A stretch of DNA of 60,130 nucleotides from a virus (lineage: Duplodnaviria > Caudoviricetes). Below the pieces are notes generated by a model that searched no databases, was not told the origin of the DNA, and saw only the letters and a list, made by a program, of their open reading frames with translations. The position numbers were made by a program, and so were the translations under genes. Position 1 is the first letter of the stretch. The number at the start of each line of letters is the position of its first letter. Shown here piece by piece: positions 55,953 to 60,130 of the stretch. The stretch spans positions 1 to 60,130 of IMG/VR virus record IMGVR_UViG_3300025108_000048; one strand, written 5' to 3'.

Positions 55953-55981
55953 TTGTCTTTGTTTTCTTTTATTCGTATATT
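55953..55981 (+). promoter_or_regulatory. promoter TTGTCT-N17-TATATT
   Basis: Exact 17-nt spacing upstream of the 55994 ORF. Confidence 0.55.
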
Positions 55982-55993
55982 AATAATGGAAAT

Positions 55994-56449
55994 ATGGAGA
56001 ATAAAGACACATATCTTAAATCAATACTTAAAGACCAAGATTACGGATACCAGACAGAAGTCTGGTACCGTGCTTACAGTATATCAATAGAAAAAATAGA
56101 ACTATTCTACGACTTAGTCGATTCACTTTATAGAATGGTTGATCAAACTTACTTAGGACCTGACGCAATTATTACAGAAGAAGAACAAAAAATTCACTTC
56201 ACTTGGTGTTGGGATAGGGTCATAGGTAACTTATCTAAAGAGAAAATAAATATTAATCTTCGAGGAATACACTACGAGTACTTTTGGGATTTTTTCTTAG
56301 AATCGTTTTACTATCTAAAGATGGACGAAGAAGAAATCAAGATTAAAGAGTACCTCTATAGATTGTTTAATTACAACCACAAAAAGACAAGGTCTGAACT
56401 AGCGGTTTTAACAGAAATTTATAAATTACTAGAAAAGAACTTGAACTAG
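55994..56449 (+). CDS. hypothetical protein
   Basis: 151-aa ORF with upstream promoter. Confidence 0.75.
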   Translation: MENKDTYLKSILKDQDYGYQTEVWYRAYSISIEKIELFYDLVDSLYRMVDQTYLGPDAIITEEEQKIHFTWCWDRVIGNLSKEKININLRGIHYEYFWDFFLESFYYLKMDEEEIKIKEYLYRLFNYNHKKTRSELAVLTEIYKLLEKNLN

Positions 56450-56469
56450 TAAAATAAATTCCGTATATT
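56441..56469 (+). promoter_or_regulatory. promoter TTGAAC-N17-TATATT
   Basis: Exact 17-nt spacing upstream of the Hc1-like gene. Confidence 0.55.
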
Positions 56470-56492
56470 ACTATCAGAAACGGTAATAAAGT

Positions 56493-56675
56493 ATGGAAAC
56501 GTTAGGAAAAATTAAGGACCTGGTAGAGAAGATGTCGGTTGACACTCACAAGGTATACGACAAAGGTAACAGATCTGCATCAATCAGAGCACGAAAATAC
56601 GCTCAGGAAGTAAAGAGTCTTATTGCATCATTCAGAAAAGAAATTTTAGACGAAATAAAAAGACATGATAAATAA
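56493..56675 (+). CDS. histone H1-like Hc1 family protein
   Basis: KGNRSASIRARK...FRK matches the Hc1 pattern GNKAAGxRARK. Confidence 0.7.
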   Translation: METLGKIKDLVEKMSVDTHKVYDKGNRSASIRARKYAQEVKSLIASFRKEILDEIKRHDK

Positions 56676-56844
56676 TATAGAGTTATATATCTTGATCTTA
56701 TCAATAGTCTTTATTCTAAGATTCGTATTTGAATTCGTAGTAAAACTATTTGTAACATCTGCAGAACCATTATCAATTAACAAGTATGAGAAGGTAATTT
56801 TATATTTTGCAATCTCATATATAATAACATATATAATAACATAA
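56665..56844 (+). CDS. small two-TM membrane protein (59 aa, not in the ORF track)
   Basis: MINNIELYILILSIVFILRFVFEFVVKLFVTSAEPLSINKYEKVILYFAISYIITYIIT*; fills the gap between neighbours. Confidence 0.6.
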   Translation: MINNIELYILILSIVFILRFVFEFVVKLFVTSAEPLSINKYEKVILYFAISYIITYIIT

Positions 56845-56849
56845 ATTAA

Positions 56850-57350
56850 GTGTACGAAATATTAAAACCTTTAAGACCTTATTTCTTCTCTCTAAGAGAG
56901 ATTAAGGGAAATGTTAGTTTGGACTTAAAACTCCCATCTAAATGGAAATACGAAGAAATTGTTTCTGTTTATAAGACCTTGAAAATAAAGGTCCAAGATA
57001 AGAACGACAAAGATGTGTTAGTTTCTTTTATATCTGAAGCGTCTCAAGATGGGTACAACACCACACTACAATGTGCGAATGAAGTTGTAGAAAAAAATAT
57101 TGAGAACGAAAAGAAGAGAGAGTTATTCGATAAAAAAGTTAGAGAAATGAGAGCATTGTTTGAGGAAAGTAAATTAGATGATCTCGAAAATTTAAAATTT
57201 GAAAGTAATGTCCAAGAATACGACACGCAAAGAATTAGATTGGCTGGAGAAGGAGATTCAAAAGGATCAGTTGGAAGTGGAGACTCACAAGAAAAAGATG
57301 ATTCAACAACTGATGAAGACGAAGAAGGAGGATCTATTCAGAGTCCCTGA
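56850..57350 (+). CDS. hypothetical protein
   Basis: GTG start, 166 aa. Confidence 0.7.
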   Translation: MYEILKPLRPYFFSLREIKGNVSLDLKLPSKWKYEEIVSVYKTLKIKVQDKNDKDVLVSFISEASQDGYNTTLQCANEVVEKNIENEKKRELFDKKVREMRALFEESKLDDLENLKFESNVQEYDTQRIRLAGEGDSKGSVGSGDSQEKDDSTTDEDEEGGSIQSP

Positions 57351-57414
57351 AAAGGAAAAAACAAATAAATTAAAAGACCTACTATCAAGGGTAGGTAAAA
57401 TACTAGGTATGTAA
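57208..57414 (+). CDS. small hypothetical protein overlapping the upstream gene
   Basis: MSKNTTRKELDWLEKEIQ...; stop coupled to the next start (TAATG). Confidence 0.55.
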   Translation: MSKNTTRKELDWLEKEIQKDQLEVETHKKKMIQQLMKTKKEDLFRVPEKEKTNKLKDLLSRVGKILGM

Positions 57415-57659
57415 TGTCAAAAGAAAAAAAAGGTGATGTATTAAACCAATTGGCAATTATTTCGGATTTAATCGAGAAGGTTGCTATTGATTCTAATGCA
57501 AGTACTGTATTTTACGAGTTAGATGAAGATCAATACGAGGAGGTATATGATTACATTAAAAAGAAATTTAAAGGGGAAGGTGTTGAAGAGAGTGACTCTG
57601 GTACGTTCTCTATTCTGATAGGTGAGGTCTCCTTTATGTTTAGTAAGAATAGTGTCTAA
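57414..57659 (+). CDS. hypothetical protein
   Basis: 81 aa. Confidence 0.65.
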   Translation: MSKEKKGDVLNQLAIISDLIEKVAIDSNASTVFYELDEDQYEEVYDYIKKKFKGEGVEESDSGTFSILIGEVSFMFSKNSV

Positions 57660-58290
57660 AAAGTTCAGTACGTTTATAACCTTTCTTTTCAAGTAAATTA
57701 TAAAGGGTTTTTCTTTGGGTGGTGGTAATATCCTTCACAAAAATGAAATTACCCTTTTTTTTATGTTTTAATAAGTCCTCTCTAAGTAAGTCAAATAATC
57801 TGTCAGAATCGTTCAGATTTTTATTACCAAACATTTTAACATTGTCTTCTATTTGTAGGAATAATTTTGTATTCAGGGTAAATATTTGGGCAATTTCATC
57901 CACATCCTCTAATATACTCAATAGTTGGTGGTACCTAATGTGTTGTTTAATGTCATGATCATAAATCTTCTCTTCCTGCCAATAGGGTACTATCTCTTTC
58001 ATTCTAAACCCTTTCATGTCCACACCCGCTTGATACAATCTACCGTACTCGTCTCGTTTTACGACTGTTTTTTTCTTAGCCCACCTATTATCAGGATATA
58101 TTAGAGCGAGTTCATAATCCAACTGTTGATTTCGTTTACCACCATACTCCTTCGTGTATCTTGGTTTCTTTTCAGTTTTCAACTCATACCACATGTCACG
58201 TATTGCGGGAAGACTAATAGTTTGGTAGAAGAGTTTCTTTCTTTTTTTATTACAGAAGAGTATTATTTTATACTTCTTCTTTTTTTTCAT
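57640..58290 (-). CDS. hypothetical basic protein
   Basis: Long minus-strand ORF with no competing plus-strand gene; start at ATG 58290. Confidence 0.75.
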   Translation of the reverse strand: MKKKKKYKIILFCNKKRKKLFYQTISLPAIRDMWYELKTEKKPRYTKEYGGKRNQQLDYELALIYPDNRWAKKKTVVKRDEYGRLYQAGVDMKGFRMKEIVPYWQEEKIYDHDIKQHIRYHQLLSILEDVDEIAQIFTLNTKLFLQIEDNVKMFGNKNLNDSDRLFDLLREDLLKHKKKGNFIFVKDITTTQRKTLYNLLEKKGYKRTELFRHYSY

Positions 58291-58292
58291 AC

Positions 58293-58457
58293 TCAAAACA
58301 GTAGAGATAGAAGTTTATAGAGTCCATATAGGGATAAACCTAAAACTATAAATAAGAATATCTTAACCCCTTTCTCTACTTTGATCACTTCTTGTAATAA
58401 TTCTTCCCTTTCTTGTTTTTTCTTGCACTTTGAACAAGATTCCTTTTTTTTCTTCAT
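58293..58457 (-). CDS. small CxxC + C-terminal TM protein (54 aa, not in the ORF track)
   Basis: MKKKKESCSKCKKKQEREELLQEVIKVEKGVKIFLFIVLGLSLYGLYKLLSLLF*; stop lies 2 nt before the next start. Confidence 0.55.
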   Translation of the reverse strand: MKKKKESCSKCKKKQEREELLQEVIKVEKGVKIFLFIVLGLSLYGLYKLLSLLF

Positions 58458-58493
58458 AATAATAATATAAGTAATTTATAAGTATTTATCAAT

Positions 58494-59246
58494 ATGAAAC
58501 TATTGGAAATAGTCGAGGGGGATAAAATAAAATGCGAGAGCTGCGGATGGAGTTGGAAAATCTCCGAAGGTGGTGACGACTTATATATTTGTCATAAATG
58601 TGGTAACGACACAAATGTCGATACCATAGATGAGTCATTAAAAGAACTCAAGTTCATTGATTCAATAAGTGATAAACACCAAAAAGAGATAGACTACAAT
58701 AGAGAAAGTGGTTTGTTTAAGGATTTCGATATTTCCAAATATAAGAAAATGTATCCTCCTAAGAATGATTCTAAGGATACTAAAGAGGAGTTAAAAACAT
58801 TATCATCACTACCCGAACAAAAAGACTTTGTTGAAAAGTATGATCGTATATTCAAATCATTTAAAGAATATGCGGAACAAAAGGATCACAAAATACCTAA
58901 AAGTCAAATTAAAGAGGTTATTAAAAGTGCTGCGGGTATTGTCTATGAATTAAAATATCACTTCAACAGACCAAGACCACAACAAATAGCGGAAAAACAT
59001 GACATGAAAATAGGTGGTATGGATTTGGAAAGTGCAAAATCACCATCATACCCATCAGGACACTCGGTTCAATCTAAAATAGTTGGAGAAATATTAGTTG
59101 AAGTTACTAAAGACGTGGAGTATCGTAATATTGCCGAAAAAATATCTATAAGTAGAAATGTAGGACGAGTACATTTTCCTAGTGATTCTAAATTAGGTGA
59201 GAAGTTAGGTGAAGATTTGTTCGAATTCTTAAAAAACAAGAGATAA
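58494..59246 (+). CDS. PAP2 / haloperoxidase-family phosphatase with N-terminal Zn ribbon
   Basis: KYHFNRPRP, SYPSGH, SRNVGRVHFPSD; CESC...CHKC. Confidence 0.85.
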   Translation: MKLLEIVEGDKIKCESCGWSWKISEGGDDLYICHKCGNDTNVDTIDESLKELKFIDSISDKHQKEIDYNRESGLFKDFDISKYKKMYPPKNDSKDTKEELKTLSSLPEQKDFVEKYDRIFKSFKEYAEQKDHKIPKSQIKEVIKSAAGIVYELKYHFNRPRPQQIAEKHDMKIGGMDLESAKSPSYPSGHSVQSKIVGEILVEVTKDVEYRNIAEKISISRNVGRVHFPSDSKLGEKLGEDLFEFLKNKR

Positions 59247-59251
59247 CGAGG

Positions 59252-59280
59252 TTGACTTACTCATTCTTTTTCTGTATATT
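59252..59280 (+). promoter_or_regulatory. promoter TTGACT-N17-TATATT
   Basis: Near-consensus with exact spacing, upstream of the methyltransferase. Confidence 0.65.
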
Positions 59281-59310
59281 TTATATAAGTAAACGAAACT
59301 GCGGAATCAC

Positions 59311-60130
59311 ATGATAAGTTATATTGGAGGTAAGGCTAGAATAGGGAAATGGATAGTTCCCTTAATCCCTAATGACATTGAGACATACGTTGAACCTTTT
59401 TCAGGGATGTTTTGGGTGTTCTTCAATATGGACCTTAAAAAATACCCCAATCTTAAGACAGTAGTATACAATGACTTCAATGGGTTGAATGCAAACCTAA
59501 TGAAGTGTTCTTTAGAGTACGATAAGATGCATGAAGAATTAAACAAGTATATCGAATATGTACAGGTAGTTGGTGAAGAAAACACACCTCCTGAATGTAG
59601 AGAATTTTTCAATAGATGTCAAGAAGAGGTCTTTCATCCTGACTACGAAATAGGGGAGTATCCAAATTACGAGGCCGCAGCAAAATACGTTTACGTACTA
59701 ACACAAATATTTTCAGGTTCCAAACCTGAAACCTCAAACTACACAGACTATAAAGGTAAGTATCGTTGTAAAGTCCTGATATTTATGGATAAGTTGAAGA
59801 ATGACAAGTTTAGAGAACACTTCGACAAAATAACGTTCGTGGAAAATATGGATTTCCAAGATGTAATTGAGAAATACGATTCTCCTACTTCTTACTTCTA
59901 TACTGACCCACCTTATTGGAAAACTGAAAACTATTATTCGAATCACGATTTTGATAGGTCAGACCATGAAAGATTAGCGGACTGTTTAAAAAATTCGGAA
60001 GGTAGATACAGTTTATCGTATTATGACTTTCCATTATTACAGACGTGGTTTCCTTACACGGATTACAAATGGGAAAAGAAGGGTTTTAAAAAATCCGCAG
60101 CAGCGAAGAAAGACGGTACACAAAATACGG
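59311..60130 (+). CDS. DNA adenine methyltransferase (Dam/D12 class), truncated by the window end; absent from the ORF track
   Basis: MISYIGGKARIG, YVEPFSG, VYNDFN, FYTDPPY. Confidence 0.9.
   Translation, partial: MISYIGGKARIGKWIVPLIPNDIETYVEPFSGMFWVFFNMDLKKYPNLKTVVYNDFNGLNANLMKCSLEYDKMHEELNKYIEYVQVVGEENTPPECREFFNRCQEEVFHPDYEIGEYPNYEAAAKYVYVLTQIFSGSKPETSNYTDYKGKYRCKVLIFMDKLKNDKFREHFDKITFVENMDFQDVIEKYDSPTSYFYTDPPYWKTENYYSNHDFDRSDHERLADCLKNSEGRYSLSYYDFPLLQTWFPYTDYKWEKKGFKKSAAAKKDGTQNT

Noticed and set aside
1-60130. tRNA genes and alternative genetic code
   Set aside because: No cloverleaf was seen by eye; long ORFs are intact under code 11, with TAA, TAG and TGA all used as stops

Overview
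This is an AT-rich, gene-dense segment, almost entirely on the + strand, that looks like part of a large myovirus-like (T4-like or jumbo) phage genome. The host is probably a member of Bacteroidota: the ClpP and sigma70 are Bacteroidota-type, there are SprB repeats and an Hc1-like protein, one TTG-N19-TAnnTTTG promoter is present, and Shine-Dalgarno sites are not evident. Layout: (1) replication and nucleotide genes at 60-6385 (5'-3' exonuclease, DnaB-like helicase, NrdB, NrdA); (2) a ~33 kb baseplate and fibre module at 6477-39644, with gp25-like and gp6-like genes, a 2601-aa protein carrying 22 C-D-F-D-[IV]-D-[IV]-D motifs between Pro/Thr linkers, a cadherin+SprB adhesin and five smaller Pro/Thr-linked Cys-rich proteins; (3) RuvC, a candidate small RNA, primase, a PD-(D/E)XK nuclease, two cytidylyltransferases, SbcD/SbcC, ClpP and sigma70; (4) a possible lysis/membrane block with an apparent -1 frameshift at an A10 run, acidic putative head proteins, Hc1, a PAP2 phosphatase and a truncated Dam-like methyltransferase. 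The strongest lead is a possible scaffoldin-like virion display system (repeated docking strands plus a family of client adhesins). All calls come from reading motifs by eye; no database searches were run.
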